Assembly: GCA_024711295.1 (NCBI GenBank) | Contig: JANJTB010000002.1 | Coordinates: 145,804-209,803, forward strand | Source of the DNA: a bacterium | Lineage (GTDB): Bacteria > Bacteroidota > Ignavibacteria > Kapaibacteriales > UBA2268 | DNA length: 64,000 bases | Direction of reading: 5' to 3' | Part shown: in pieces, positions 27,535-38,009 of the stretch | Layout: each line of letters begins with the position of its first letter | Numbering within the stretch: the stretch's first letter is position 1 | The notes under the pieces: model-generated | Told to the model about the DNA's origin: nothing | Seen by the model: only the letters and a program-made list of their open reading frames with translations | Database searches by the model: none | Program-made: the position numbers and the translations under genes

Positions 27535-30414
27535 TTAATTCAATCTATATCCAAGACTTAACCCAAAAGTTGTACCTCTCAGGTTTGATGCAAATGTTCT
27601 TCCACCCTGCTCCCAGATTAAGTTTTGGTTTAATAAATCTCTTACAATTAATTTTAAATCCATTTTGTTGTCGAATATAGGCTGTGATATTGACAAATCA
27701 ATAATATCTCTTGGTAATTCATATATATGGGGATCTTCGAAACTGTACATTCCTACAAGTGCTACCTGCTGAATTCTTCTGCCATAGGTATTATAAGCAA
27801 TATTTACAGAAGTTTGTGTTTCGGGATTCATATAGAATAGCCCAAGATTTAGTGAATATGGAGATTGACCCCACATTTGTCTGGTATCAACAGCATTACC
27901 CTGGCGAACTGTAATTTCTGAGTTAATGTAGGAGAAGTTTACATTAAGTGCGAAATTCCTCAAATAGTCAGAAATAAAGTTGAAGCTTTTTCTGAATTCG
28001 ATTTCAACACCGTAATTGTAAGCATCACCTTCAGCATTGGCAAATGACTTGCCAAGCTCACTCTGAAGCGGCTGAATAGTTTCTTCAATGGCATTTTCGA
28101 ACTTTTTGTAGAACAAACTTGCTGATATTACTTCACCCGGATTAGGGAAAATTTCGTATCTTACATCAAAATTCTGAATAAGAGCACGTTTAAGATTTGG
28201 ATTACCAAATACAAGAATAGTATTTACAAAGTCATAAAATGCAAACGGAGCAAATTCTCTCAATGATGGTCTTGCAAGAGTCTGGCTTGCAGATGCTCTG
28301 AAATTGGAGATTTCATTAATTCTCCACATAAGATTTAATGATGGCAAGAGGTCGTTGTAAACATTTTTGATATCTACTGCCTGGTCGTTCACATCAAATG
28401 AATTTAAGGCTTGGGTGCTTTGTTCGTATCTGACACCACCAATAAATCTGAAGCTTTCGCTACATAAATCGAACGGAGCGTCAACCATCAAATAACCTGA
28501 GTAAACAGACTCATTAGCTAAATATGAATCACTTGCTTTGGTTTCTTCGGATATTCTCAATCCATCTTCTACCCTGAAGTTGTTTCTGTTCAGAAGTGCC
28601 TGAGGATTAGTTATATCGTTCATCAAAGCTTCAATTTCAGGATTTAGAGCTGAGCCGGTAGGTGGTGGAATTACAGTAAATGACCTTGATGAAAAATCTC
28701 TGTCTTTATATTCACCCAATGAGCCAAACTTTAATTTCATACTGCTTGTAAGTGGCAAAGTAAAGTCAATCTTTGCTGAGAATGTATTATCGTGCATATC
28801 AGAGAAGAATCTGCCTAATCTTGCACCATCACCCTGCTCAGTTTGTAATAACTGTATTGTATATGGAGTATTCGGGTCAATTTCCAAATCGAAAAGATTT
28901 CTGTCGAACCTGATTTTTCTGAAGTCCGGTTCGTATCTGTTGGAGTAAGAATAACCGGTATTCCATTGAATATGTAAATTTTGGAACTCTAATGTATGCT
29001 CGCCACCAAGCTGAGTAGAGAGTAATTCTTTCTCAACATATTGAGAACTGAAATTTCGATAGTCAATAAACTGATATGCAGAATCTTGTCCGTGAAGTCT
29101 GGTTGTTTCTTCGTCTGCACCGCGATTATATACGTTTCTGAAGCTAATAGATGATGAACTACCTAATTTGTATGCCATATTCACAAGAGCACCCATACTT
29201 ACCGAACGTGTTGCTTGTGTGCCATTTGAGCGGAAGAATGTACCTCCATCATACATCAAAGCATTTCGCTCTATATCATTAATATTGAAATTCTGTCCCC
29301 AGTTAGCAGATGCCAAAAGTCCAAACTCATTATCAAACAAAGTGTAGTTATTTGAGAAATTGATACCTATGCTTGAATTTGCTAAAGGTCCTACTGTCAT
29401 AGCATTCTGATTCCAGTTACCATCGTTGAATGATTGCATCATGGATTCATATTTTGCTTTTGCACCTGTGTTATCATTAGGGTTCAGAGCAGAAGTTCTA
29501 AGAGCATCCAACTCACGGCGAGTAGATGGCATACCCGCAGGCATGCTTCGACTGCCATCATCTATACCAAGCCAATCTGTGCTGCCGCCTGCAGTCTGTA
29601 AAAACTGATTCCCTTTCAACGAGGTGTTCGTATTATAAGAATTTGAATATGAGACTTTGAGCGAGTGACCTTCGGGGAAGTCAACTGTATTAAGTTGGAC
29701 TAATCCCCCTGCAAAATTACCCGGTAAGTCTGGGGTGAATGATTTAGCAATATTCACATTCTGAAGGAATTCTGACGGAAACATATCAAAAGCAAAAGCT
29801 TTCTTGTCGGGTTCGGTTGAGCTAAGCGAGGCACCATTTAATGTAGTGTTACTGTAACGCTCGCTTACACCACGCACATAAACAAATTTGTTATCCACGA
29901 GTGTAACACCGGATACCCTTTTGAGAGATTGACCTGCATCAGAATCAGGAAGTCTCGACATTTCCTGCTGACTGATACCATCACTCACCTGAGCGGAATT
30001 TTTTCTTGCTGATAATATTGCAGATTCATTATCATTTATTCTGCGGGCATCAACAAATACTTCTTCTGTTAATTTTTTCTCTACACCTAATACTATTCTA
30101 CCGATATTGGCGGGTTTGCCTGATTGCACATCTATTCCCGCTATTTCCCTTGCTTCGTAGCCCACAAATGTAATTTTAAGTGTATATGTACCTGCCGGTA
30201 AATTCTTGATTTTAAATTCTCCTTTTACGTCAGAATATGCACCAAATTTGGTATTCTGTACCATAATAGTGGCGCGGCGAAGTGGCTCACCTGACTCTTT
30301 GTCTATTACTGTTCCGGTTATTTCACTATTTTGGGCACTCAAATTAACGATGCCCGCAATGAAAAATACAATGAGCAGGATTATTCTGTTAGTTTTCAAA
30401 TTAAATACCTCCAA
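27535..30414 (-). CDS. TonB-dependent outer-membrane receptor with an N-terminal CarbopepD_reg domain
   Basis: 'ITGTVIDKESGEPL...GEFKIKNLPAGTYTLKITFVGYE' is CarbopepD_reg. A plug and a large barrel follow. The length is 959 aa. Confidence 0.7.
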   Translation of the reverse strand: MEVFNLKTNRIILLIVFFIAGIVNLSAQNSEITGTVIDKESGEPLRRATIMVQNTKFGAYSDVKGEFKIKNLPAGTYTLKITFVGYEAREIAGIDVQSGKPANIGRIVLGVEKKLTEEVFVDARRINDNESAILSARKNSAQVSDGISQQEMSRLPDSDAGQSLKRVSGVTLVDNKFVYVRGVSERYSNTTLNGASLSSTEPDKKAFAFDMFPSEFLQNVNIAKSFTPDLPGNFAGGLVQLNTVDFPEGHSLKVSYSNSYNTNTSLKGNQFLQTAGGSTDWLGIDDGSRSMPAGMPSTRRELDALRTSALNPNDNTGAKAKYESMMQSFNDGNWNQNAMTVGPLANSSIGINFSNNYTLFDNEFGLLASANWGQNFNINDIERNALMYDGGTFFRSNGTQATRSVSMGALVNMAYKLGSSSSISFRNVYNRGADEETTRLHGQDSAYQFIDYRNFSSQYVEKELLSTQLGGEHTLEFQNLHIQWNTGYSYSNRYEPDFRKIRFDRNLFDLEIDPNTPYTIQLLQTEQGDGARLGRFFSDMHDNTFSAKIDFTLPLTSSMKLKFGSLGEYKDRDFSSRSFTVIPPPTGSALNPEIEALMNDITNPQALLNRNNFRVEDGLRISEETKASDSYLANESVYSGYLMVDAPFDLCSESFRFIGGVRYEQSTQALNSFDVNDQAVDIKNVYNDLLPSLNLMWRINEISNFRASASQTLARPSLREFAPFAFYDFVNTILVFGNPNLKRALIQNFDVRYEIFPNPGEVISASLFYKKFENAIEETIQPLQSELGKSFANAEGDAYNYGVEIEFRKSFNFISDYLRNFALNVNFSYINSEITVRQGNAVDTRQMWGQSPYSLNLGLFYMNPETQTSVNIAYNTYGRRIQQVALVGMYSFEDPHIYELPRDIIDLSISQPIFDNKMDLKLIVRDLLNQNLIWEQGGRTFASNLRGTTFGLSLGYRLN

Positions 30415-30618
30415 ATGTTTATTATAATATTGCTAAAATCATTCGATACAAAAATCATATTTTAGTATGAACTAATAATAAACGATAAGTTAAGGTTTGG
30501 TTAAGATGAAAAATGTGGAAAACTTATATCATTTTTTTTATGATAGGTAATTTGGTATTACAATAAAAAACATAATCCCGCAACTATGCAGACTGATTTT
30601 ATCTCCCTGATAGGACGC

Positions 30619-33168
30619 CTATTCTTCTCTTAAAGCGGCAGATGGTGACGATTTGCTCATTTTATAGGCAGGATATATACCAGCAAGTATGGCTGCGAGA
30701 ATAGCTACTATAAGCCCTTGTAATGCATATTCGGGGATAAAGTGGTAATCTATACTCCACCCAAATGAGCGGCGGTTTATGATATGTATCAATATATATG
30801 CAAGAATATTTCCGAGTGGTAATGCAAGAACGCCTGAAATCAGCCCCATAATTCCTGTCTGCAATATAACCATTTTCCAGAGTTGTGAGGGTAATAATCC
30901 TATTGCTCTGAGTACGCCGAGCTCTCTTGCTTTTTCGAGCTGTAATGCCATCAATGCGCTAAGAATACCAATAAACGATACTATTATCGAAAGCAATTGC
31001 AATACATTGGTTATTAGGAATGTTCTGTCGAATATCTCTACTGATGAATCAATAAGTGCTCTGTTCGACCTGACGATGAAATTGACATCACCGGCAGCCT
31101 TTTTCATATTGCTGATTACACTGTCAATATTTTTTTTATCATCAACAAAAACGGCTAATCCCGATAGCAGTGAGTCATTGAAGTATTTTTGATAAGTATT
31201 CAGCTGCATCATTATCAGCCCGATATCCGAGCTGTAATCGTAGAATACACCTATTACTCCGAATTTCTTATTGCCGTAATTAGTGGGCAATTCAACAAAA
31301 TCCCCGACATAGATTCGATTTTTGAATGAATAAGACTCTGATACAAATACCCCCTCTTCGTGGTTGAATTTTTTCCAGAGAATATCATTATGTATCTTGC
31401 TGTCCCTGAAGCTTTCGTAGTTAAAATTCTGAACTTTGGCAGCGAGAATATGCTTAATCGAACCGTTATGATTGATTTGATTTTCCTTGTAATAATTAAT
31501 TGCCTTTACATTCGGCAACCTGCTTATTGAGTCACCCAGAGCCAAACTGAAAGTACCGTCATTAAATCTCGACACCATTGTTGGCACAGAGGCATAAATA
31601 TCTGCCTTGAGCCTTAAATTAAGCCAATCAACAACAGTAATTCTGAAGCTGCTTACCATAGTACCGACACCTATTGCAGCTGATACAGCTATACTAAGAG
31701 CTGCCACAGAGATTGTAGTGCGACTTAGTTGGGTTGATATTCCTCGTGCTGCCATTTTACCTATCGAGCCAAAAACCACTTTCATCAAAGGTGATAATAC
31801 TTTCATACCAAGAAGTAAAGCAATTGGCGACAGAAATGCAAATGCAATGATTACAGGAGCAATTCCCAGATAACTTATATATATGGAATTGCTGTCGTAA
31901 AGGAGTACTGCTGTTCCGACAAGTAATAGTATTAAAGCGTATAATACAAATTTTGAGGTTTTTGTGGTAATAGACTGCTCTGACTCCGACCTTGTCATGA
32001 TACTCCTCGGAGTAACCGACGAAGCATCTCTGGCTGGCTTGTATGCCGATAATACCGAGGCACTTATCCCCAACACGATACCTTTAATAATGCTTTCGGC
32101 AGAGATTGTGATTTTTTGGACCTGCAATACAAAATACATATCATTGATGGTTTTTGTTACCAGATTAATGATACCATTTCCGAGTACTATACCTCCAATA
32201 ATGCCTAATGTTGTGCCTACCAGCCCCAATACAACAGCTTCGAACAGGATTAGCTTAAATATCTCGTTTTTTGTAACACCTATCGAGCGCAGCAAACCTA
32301 GTAACTTCTGACGGCGGACTACTGAGAACGTCATAGTATTATATATCAAAAACATGCCAACTATCAGTGCCAATAAGCTCATGGCAGTAAGATTTACCCT
32401 GAATGACTCCGTCATTTGCTTGCCCGATTCCGACCTCATTTCGGATTTCTGAATTCTTACTGAAGAGGGCAATATTGACTTGATATTATTCATCATCAGA
32501 GTATCGTCATCGGGTATAATCAAGTCTATCCTGCTGATATGGTTACCAATATCTGTTAAATCCTGAGCATTCGATATATCAGTTATTAGTATGTTTTCGA
32601 TGATTTTTGCCTGATTATCATTCTTTGGACTTATCATTCCTATTACAACAAGCGACTTACTCTTTCCGTCAACCTCAATATATATGGAATCTGATATTTT
32701 GAGGTCTAATTTCTCTGCTGTCTTCGACGACAACAGAACTCCACCTTTTGTTACTATAAACCGAGAAAGATCGAAACCATCACCGGAATTGAATTTGCCC
32801 GTATAATTTCTAAAATTCTCCTCATAAATTGGGTCAATACCCAGAATTGTAAATATTGATGTATCTTTACTCTTAACCTTAACAAATTTTTCGACCACAG
32901 GTGCCGAATTCACTTTATTGAATCTAAGACGGAGCTCAGTAAATACTGAATTCGGAATACCGGGTGGATTAGCAATTATCTGATGAGTAGCTTTGCCCGA
33001 AACACTTTCCATAGACAAAGTAAAGGCACTGTAAGCGCTTTGGTTGGCTATATCAATAGATATCACTACAGCAATACCCAGCGAAATACCGATTATTGAC
33101 AGCAGTGTTTGCCATGGATTTCGAAGTGAATAATTTATTCCGGACTTAAATAATATTGGGCTAATCAT
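30619..33168 (-). CDS. ABC exporter permease with two FtsX domains (MacB/LolE-like)
   Basis: 849 aa, with a transmembrane segment at the N-terminus, a large periplasmic domain and FtsX-type four-helix bundles, duplicated. Confidence 0.65.
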   Translation of the reverse strand: MISPILFKSGINYSLRNPWQTLLSIIGISLGIAVVISIDIANQSAYSAFTLSMESVSGKATHQIIANPPGIPNSVFTELRLRFNKVNSAPVVEKFVKVKSKDTSIFTILGIDPIYEENFRNYTGKFNSGDGFDLSRFIVTKGGVLLSSKTAEKLDLKISDSIYIEVDGKSKSLVVIGMISPKNDNQAKIIENILITDISNAQDLTDIGNHISRIDLIIPDDDTLMMNNIKSILPSSVRIQKSEMRSESGKQMTESFRVNLTAMSLLALIVGMFLIYNTMTFSVVRRQKLLGLLRSIGVTKNEIFKLILFEAVVLGLVGTTLGIIGGIVLGNGIINLVTKTINDMYFVLQVQKITISAESIIKGIVLGISASVLSAYKPARDASSVTPRSIMTRSESEQSITTKTSKFVLYALILLLVGTAVLLYDSNSIYISYLGIAPVIIAFAFLSPIALLLGMKVLSPLMKVVFGSIGKMAARGISTQLSRTTISVAALSIAVSAAIGVGTMVSSFRITVVDWLNLRLKADIYASVPTMVSRFNDGTFSLALGDSISRLPNVKAINYYKENQINHNGSIKHILAAKVQNFNYESFRDSKIHNDILWKKFNHEEGVFVSESYSFKNRIYVGDFVELPTNYGNKKFGVIGVFYDYSSDIGLIMMQLNTYQKYFNDSLLSGLAVFVDDKKNIDSVISNMKKAAGDVNFIVRSNRALIDSSVEIFDRTFLITNVLQLLSIIVSFIGILSALMALQLEKARELGVLRAIGLLPSQLWKMVILQTGIMGLISGVLALPLGNILAYILIHIINRRSFGWSIDYHFIPEYALQGLIVAILAAILAGIYPAYKMSKSSPSAALREE

Positions 33169-33170
33169 TG

Positions 33171-33848
33171 TTAATTCACATTATCAATCAGGAGTTTGGA
33201 GTCTTTTATCCTAATAATATAATCTGCGAGGCCAATTACATCCTTACTATGTGTAGCCATTATCATGGTTTTGTTTTGTTTACGGACAAGATTATCCAGG
33301 AGCTCTACAATAGACTTTCCTGTTTCGTAGTCAAGATTGCCTGTTGGCTCGTCAGCAAGAACAATTTTGGGATTATGTATCAAAGCTCGAGCTATTGCTA
33401 TACGCTGCTGCTCACCACCGGAAAGCTTGTCAGGATATGCCGCATACCTGTCCTTCAATCCGATTTTGTCGAGCAAATCCATTGCATATAACTCATCATC
33501 TTTGTCAAGACTTTTGACTAACTCTCTTGGCAAGAGCAAATTTTCGAGTACATTTAATGTAGGTATAAGATTAAAAAACTGAAAAACGAAGCCGATATTG
33601 TTACGTCTGAACAGGGTTCGTCCCTTTTCGTCAAGAGATGACACGTCTATTCCGTTGATGGTGATTTTGCCAGAGCTCGCAGCATCTATTCCACTTATCA
33701 AATTCAATAATGTAGATTTGCCTGAGCCACTCCTGCCAAACATCACATAAATCTTTCCTTCTTCGAATTCAAAATCAACATTATCCAAAACTACATGATT
33801 CGAATTACCCTCACTGAATACTCTGCTCAACTTTTCTAATTTTATCAT
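33171..33848 (-). CDS. ABC transporter ATP-binding protein (LolD/MacB family)
   Basis: '[18 protein letters not shown]', '[15 protein letters not shown]' and '[11 protein letters not shown]' are present. Confidence 0.8.
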   Translation of the reverse strand: MIKLEKLSRVFSEGNSNHVVLDNVDFEFEEGKIYVMFGRSGSGKSTLLNLISGIDAASSGKITINGIDVSSLDEKGRTLFRRNNIGFVFQFFNLIPTLNVLENLLLPRELVKSLDKDDELYAMDLLDKIGLKDRYAAYPDKLSGGEQQRIAIARALIHNPKIVLADEPTGNLDYETGKSIVELLDNLVRKQNKTMIMATHSKDVIGLADYIIRIKDSKLLIDNVN

Positions 33849-33903
33849 ATTTCCGGCGCTAAAAGTATCAAAAAAATATCGTATTTCAACTAATCGAAAT
33901 TTA

Positions 33904-34500
33904 TTATGGCTTGATGTAATCTGTGAATATTACACCATTCAGATGGTCAATTTCATGCTGGAATATTACTGCCGTAAACCCTTCTACCATCTCAATCTGA
34001 TTCTGCCTGTACTGCGTTTCGTAAGCTATCAAAATTGCATACGAGCGGGTGCTGAGTGTATCCATCTTATTTGGTACCGACAGGCAGCCCTCACGGCAAT
34101 CCTGCTTCATTTCCGAATACTTAATAATCTTGGGGTTAATATATGCCTCAAAAGGTTTTTCGGGCTTGTCGAACCTCTGAACAATGATTATATTCTTCAA
34201 TATACCTATCTGAGGCGCGGCAATACCCACACCCGTGGTGGCACTATCCTGCACGGTAGCAATCATTCTGTCAATTAAATTTGCCAAATTCCTATTTCCT
34301 GACTCAAACACCAAATTCTCCGACTTAGTACGAAGCAATATAGAGTCCTGCAGGTTTGTGACCTGAAGCACCCTAAACGGTGTTTTCGGGGATTTTGAGT
34401 TAATCATATTGATTTCGGATTCTGTAAAATTACTGTTTTGCGACATTGATAATTGGAATAGTACTGTAAACAAAATACTTAGCGTTAAAATGAATTTCAT
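33904..34500 (-). CDS. def: Peptide deformylase, with a 30-aa signal-peptide-like N-terminal extension
   Basis: 'GVGIAAPQIG', 'EGCLSVP' and 'QHEIDHLNG' are the three PDF motifs. 'MKFILTLSILFTVLFQLSMSQ' precedes the conserved core. Confidence 0.8.
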   Translation of the reverse strand: MKFILTLSILFTVLFQLSMSQNSNFTESEINMINSKSPKTPFRVLQVTNLQDSILLRTKSENLVFESGNRNLANLIDRMIATVQDSATTGVGIAAPQIGILKNIIIVQRFDKPEKPFEAYINPKIIKYSEMKQDCREGCLSVPNKMDTLSTRSYAILIAYETQYRQNQIEMVEGFTAVIFQHEIDHLNGVIFTDYIKP

Positions 34501-34729
34501 GCTCTACACCCAAAAAATAGAAAAAGACGGATTAAATATGAATTATTTATTTTTCAAATTCTTATTTGTCAGACACAATTATTGAAGTTTTTTATATATA
34601 ATACTTATAAATCATTGGCTTAGGATTGTTATCACAGTGATACCCCCACCCCCAAAATATTACCAATATAGTTTTAAAATTGTTTTAAAATGGGTTAATT
34701 GTTATAAGTAGCTGATATGCTTACATTTG

Positions 34730-34816
34730 CGGAGAGGGAGGGATTCGAACCCTCGGTACAGTTACCCGTACAACGGTTTTCGAGACCGCCACATTCAACC
34801 ACTCTGCCACCTCTCC
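34730..34816 (-). tRNA. tRNA-Ser (anticodon CGA), class II with a long variable arm
   Basis: The reverse complement GGAGAGGTGGCAGAGTGG...GGTTCGAATCCCTCCCTCTCCG folds as a cloverleaf with anticodon loop CTCGAAA. Confidence 0.85.
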
Positions 34817-34861
34817 TTTATTTACAAAAGTAACATTTTTTTTTATAATAAATATTCATTA

Positions 34862-35551
34862 TTAACGATTTTTAATATCCACATCAATATTTAAATTAAC
34901 ATGCTTAATGATTTTTGACTCAACCATAAAATATACTTCTTCAGCCAATGACTTTGAGATTTTAGAAATTTGAAGCAGGTAATTACAAACTTCATAGAAA
35001 GTCATAACTTCAGATAGTTGATTTCCTCTTTCAATTATTTCTTTTTTAATCAGCTTTGATAATTCCATGTATTTAGTATTCAATGATTCGAACTGCAAAA
35101 TAGCCTTCATAGCTTTATCGGAATCAGATTGTATAAATGATCCGAATGACAAAGTGATTTGGGACTCAATCAAACTAAAATATTCATTTGCATTTAATTC
35201 ATTGAAGAATATTGGTTTCTGAAAATCAAGTTCTTTGAGATTTTCAGCTATCACTTGGCAATTATCACTTATTAGCTCAAGTTTGCTGCTGACAGTATAA
35301 GCTGTAAGTACAAACCTTAAGTCACAGGCTATTGGATTGTTCAGGGCGAGAATTTTTCGTGAAATTTTATCAATTTTAACATCATATTTATCAATAGTCA
35401 GCTCATTTTTTGTTATTCTGTCTAATAGAGTATTATCAGATGAACCAATCCCATTCAGTAATGTTAAAATTTGATTCTCGGTAATATTAACCATTTCGAA
35501 AATCATTTTTCTCAACTTCGCGAATCTTTTATCGTAACTTATGTCTATCAT
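34862..35551 (-). CDS. phoU: Phosphate transport system regulator PhoU
   Basis: A two-repeat helical protein of 229 aa, located downstream of pstB. Confidence 0.75.
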   Translation of the reverse strand: MIDISYDKRFAKLRKMIFEMVNITENQILTLLNGIGSSDNTLLDRITKNELTIDKYDVKIDKISRKILALNNPIACDLRFVLTAYTVSSKLELISDNCQVIAENLKELDFQKPIFFNELNANEYFSLIESQITLSFGSFIQSDSDKAMKAILQFESLNTKYMELSKLIKKEIIERGNQLSEVMTFYEVCNYLLQISKISKSLAEEVYFMVESKIIKHVNLNIDVDIKNR

Positions 35552-35566
35552 TTGTTCTCCAATTAA

Positions 35567-36346
35567 TTATCCAAATCTTCCGGTAACATAGTCTTCAGTT
35601 TGTTTGACGCTAGGATTGGTAAAGATCTTAGTGGTCTTATCAAACTCAACTAGCTCTCCATTAAGTATGAATGCTGTGTAGTCGCTTAATCTTGCTGCCT
35701 GCTGAAGGTTGTGAGTCACTATTACAATGGTAATCGTTTTTTTTATGGTATGAATCAATTCTTCAATCTTTGATGTAGATGCAGGGTCGAGTGCCCCTGC
35801 AGGTTCGTCAAGCAGCAATATTTCAGGCTTTACTGCCAATGCTCTGGCAAGGCAAAGTCTTTGCTGCTGCCCACCGGATAATCCCATTGCAGGTGCAGAC
35901 AGGTTGTCCTTGACTTCACTCCACAAACCGCTTATTTTGAGAGCTTGTTCTACCTCAAATTCAATTCTATGTTTATCGTTAGTAATATTATTAACTTTAA
36001 TACCAAATGCAATGTTATCGAAAATTGATTTTGGAAATGGATTGGATTTCTGAAAAATCATACCCACTTTTCTTCTTAATAAAACAGTGGAAACTCCCTT
36101 GTCAAATATGGAAATACCATCGAGAAAAATATCTCCGGAGAATGTTGTTTTGGGTATCAAATCATTAAGTCTGTTTATTGACCTAAGCAAAGTTGTTTTA
36201 CCACAACCCGATGGTCCAACTATTGACGTAACCATTTTGTCGGGAAAGCTGATATTAATATTCTTAAGAGCGGGCTTTCCATTGTAATAAAATGAGTAGT
36301 CCTCAGATTTAATTTTTTCAACAAATGTTTTATTACTTTTTTTCAT
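35567..36346 (-). CDS. pstB: Phosphate ABC transporter ATP-binding protein PstB
   Basis: 'GPSGCGKTTLLR', 'LSGGQQQRLCLARAL' and 'LLLDEP' are present, in pst context. Confidence 0.85.
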   Translation of the reverse strand: MKKSNKTFVEKIKSEDYSFYYNGKPALKNINISFPDKMVTSIVGPSGCGKTTLLRSINRLNDLIPKTTFSGDIFLDGISIFDKGVSTVLLRRKVGMIFQKSNPFPKSIFDNIAFGIKVNNITNDKHRIEFEVEQALKISGLWSEVKDNLSAPAMGLSGGQQQRLCLARALAVKPEILLLDEPAGALDPASTSKIEELIHTIKKTITIVIVTHNLQQAARLSDYTAFILNGELVEFDKTTKIFTNPSVKQTEDYVTGRFG

Positions 36347-36380
36347 ATATTCATTTATTTAGAATAGCTTCAATAATCAA

Positions 36381-38009
36381 TTATAATAATCCCTGACTAA
36401 TTTTCTGTCTTAATTTTGACCGGATATGAATTGCAATCATATTAAGCATTACAACAATAATAATCAGCAACAAAGTAGTCATAAATAGCATTGGGAATCC
36501 TGCCTCTACGTTAGGTGACTGAAAGCCAACATCGTATATATGAAATCCTAAATGCATAAACTTACGCTCAAGATGAAAGAACGGAAAAGTAGAATCCAGA
36601 GGTAAATCGGGAGCTAACTTAACAACTCCGGTGATCATCAAGGGTGCAACTTCGCCAGCTCCCCTTGCAATAGCAAGTATCAATCCTGTCATAATTCCGG
36701 GTGTAGATGCAGGAAGCAGAATTTTTGATACCATTTGCAATTTGGTAGCTCCTAATGCAATTGATGCTTCTCTTATTTCAGTAGGTATTGAACTCAATGC
36801 CTCCTCAGTGGATACTATAACTACAGGCACAGTAAGTAATGCAAGAGTAAGAGATGCCCAAAGAATGCCACCAGTGCCCCAAACAGGTGCAGGCGAATAT
36901 TCAGGGTAAAAAATTGAATCTATCGTACCCCCTACCCCATAGATAAAGAAACCCAAACCAAAAATACCAAAAACTATTGATGGAACTCCAGCAAGATTGT
37001 AAACAGTAATCCTTATTATTTTAACCCACCAACCGTTTCCTGCATATTCATTAAGGAATAAAGCAGTTACTACTCCAATCGGAACAGCTATAATACTCAT
37101 CAGAATAACCATCATAACTGTACCGAATATTGCCGGAAAAATTCCTCCTTCTGTATTTGATTCTCTTGGCTCGAGTACAACGAACTCCCATAATTTTTTA
37201 GATATTAACTTAATTTTTGGAATAATGCCCAAATCATTTGGATAATAGTAGCTATGAATATTGATTGCTGGAATTATATGATTATTACCGCTGATGTCAC
37301 TAACAAGCAGAGCAAAAGAATTGGACTTCTGATAAAGTTCGTCAATAAGCTCCATATATTCAGAATACTTACTTTCAAGACTTTGAATTTGTTCCTCAAG
37401 CTGCTGCCTTAATTCATTCTTACCTGCCTTATTATCTCTTCGGGATTGATAATCTAATTTATTTATTTTACGCCGGATATTATCAATTTTACTATTCAGA
37501 TTACCAATTTTTTCAACTTCATACACTCTAATATCAGATTTAATAGAATTTGAAATATCAAATAAATCAAGCAAAACTTCTTTATCAGGTTTAGAATAAA
37601 AATAAATAGTATCAGTATTCTTGACAATTCCGTTCAAATATCCGATGAAGTTACCGTTTTGCATTCTCTCAATAATAATAGGATGATTTTTGTCTATATT
37701 ATTTTTTTTAATTTTTGACTTTTCTAATCTCACAAAATCATAACCGTAAATTTCACGATTACCAACTTTTACCAAAATTGATTCATCAATACCACCAAAC
37801 TCATCTGTTACATTTTGAACGCTAATAATTTGTCCAAGAATCATAGAATCGCCAAGAATCTGAATTCTATTGATTTTTCCGGGTACAAAATAGTCGGTTG
37901 CACCAACAGTACTGATATAAATAATACCAGAAAATATCACAAGAATAACTCCGAGAGCAATTCCAGCTGTCCAAATAAAGAAAGTACTTGTATCGAATAA
38001 GTTTTTCAT
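36381..38009 (-). CDS. pstA: Phosphate ABC transporter permease PstA, elongated (542 aa) with an extra periplasmic coiled-coil domain
   Basis: The C-terminal ~280 aa form the PstA transmembrane core ('ATKLQMVSKILLPASTPGIMTGLILAIARGAGE'). The N-terminal ~260 aa are extra. Confidence 0.75.
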   Translation of the reverse strand: MKNLFDTSTFFIWTAGIALGVILVIFSGIIYISTVGATDYFVPGKINRIQILGDSMILGQIISVQNVTDEFGGIDESILVKVGNREIYGYDFVRLEKSKIKKNNIDKNHPIIIERMQNGNFIGYLNGIVKNTDTIYFYSKPDKEVLLDLFDISNSIKSDIRVYEVEKIGNLNSKIDNIRRKINKLDYQSRRDNKAGKNELRQQLEEQIQSLESKYSEYMELIDELYQKSNSFALLVSDISGNNHIIPAINIHSYYYPNDLGIIPKIKLISKKLWEFVVLEPRESNTEGGIFPAIFGTVMMVILMSIIAVPIGVVTALFLNEYAGNGWWVKIIRITVYNLAGVPSIVFGIFGLGFFIYGVGGTIDSIFYPEYSPAPVWGTGGILWASLTLALLTVPVVIVSTEEALSSIPTEIREASIALGATKLQMVSKILLPASTPGIMTGLILAIARGAGEVAPLMITGVVKLAPDLPLDSTFPFFHLERKFMHLGFHIYDVGFQSPNVEAGFPMLFMTTLLLIIIVVMLNMIAIHIRSKLRQKISQGLL

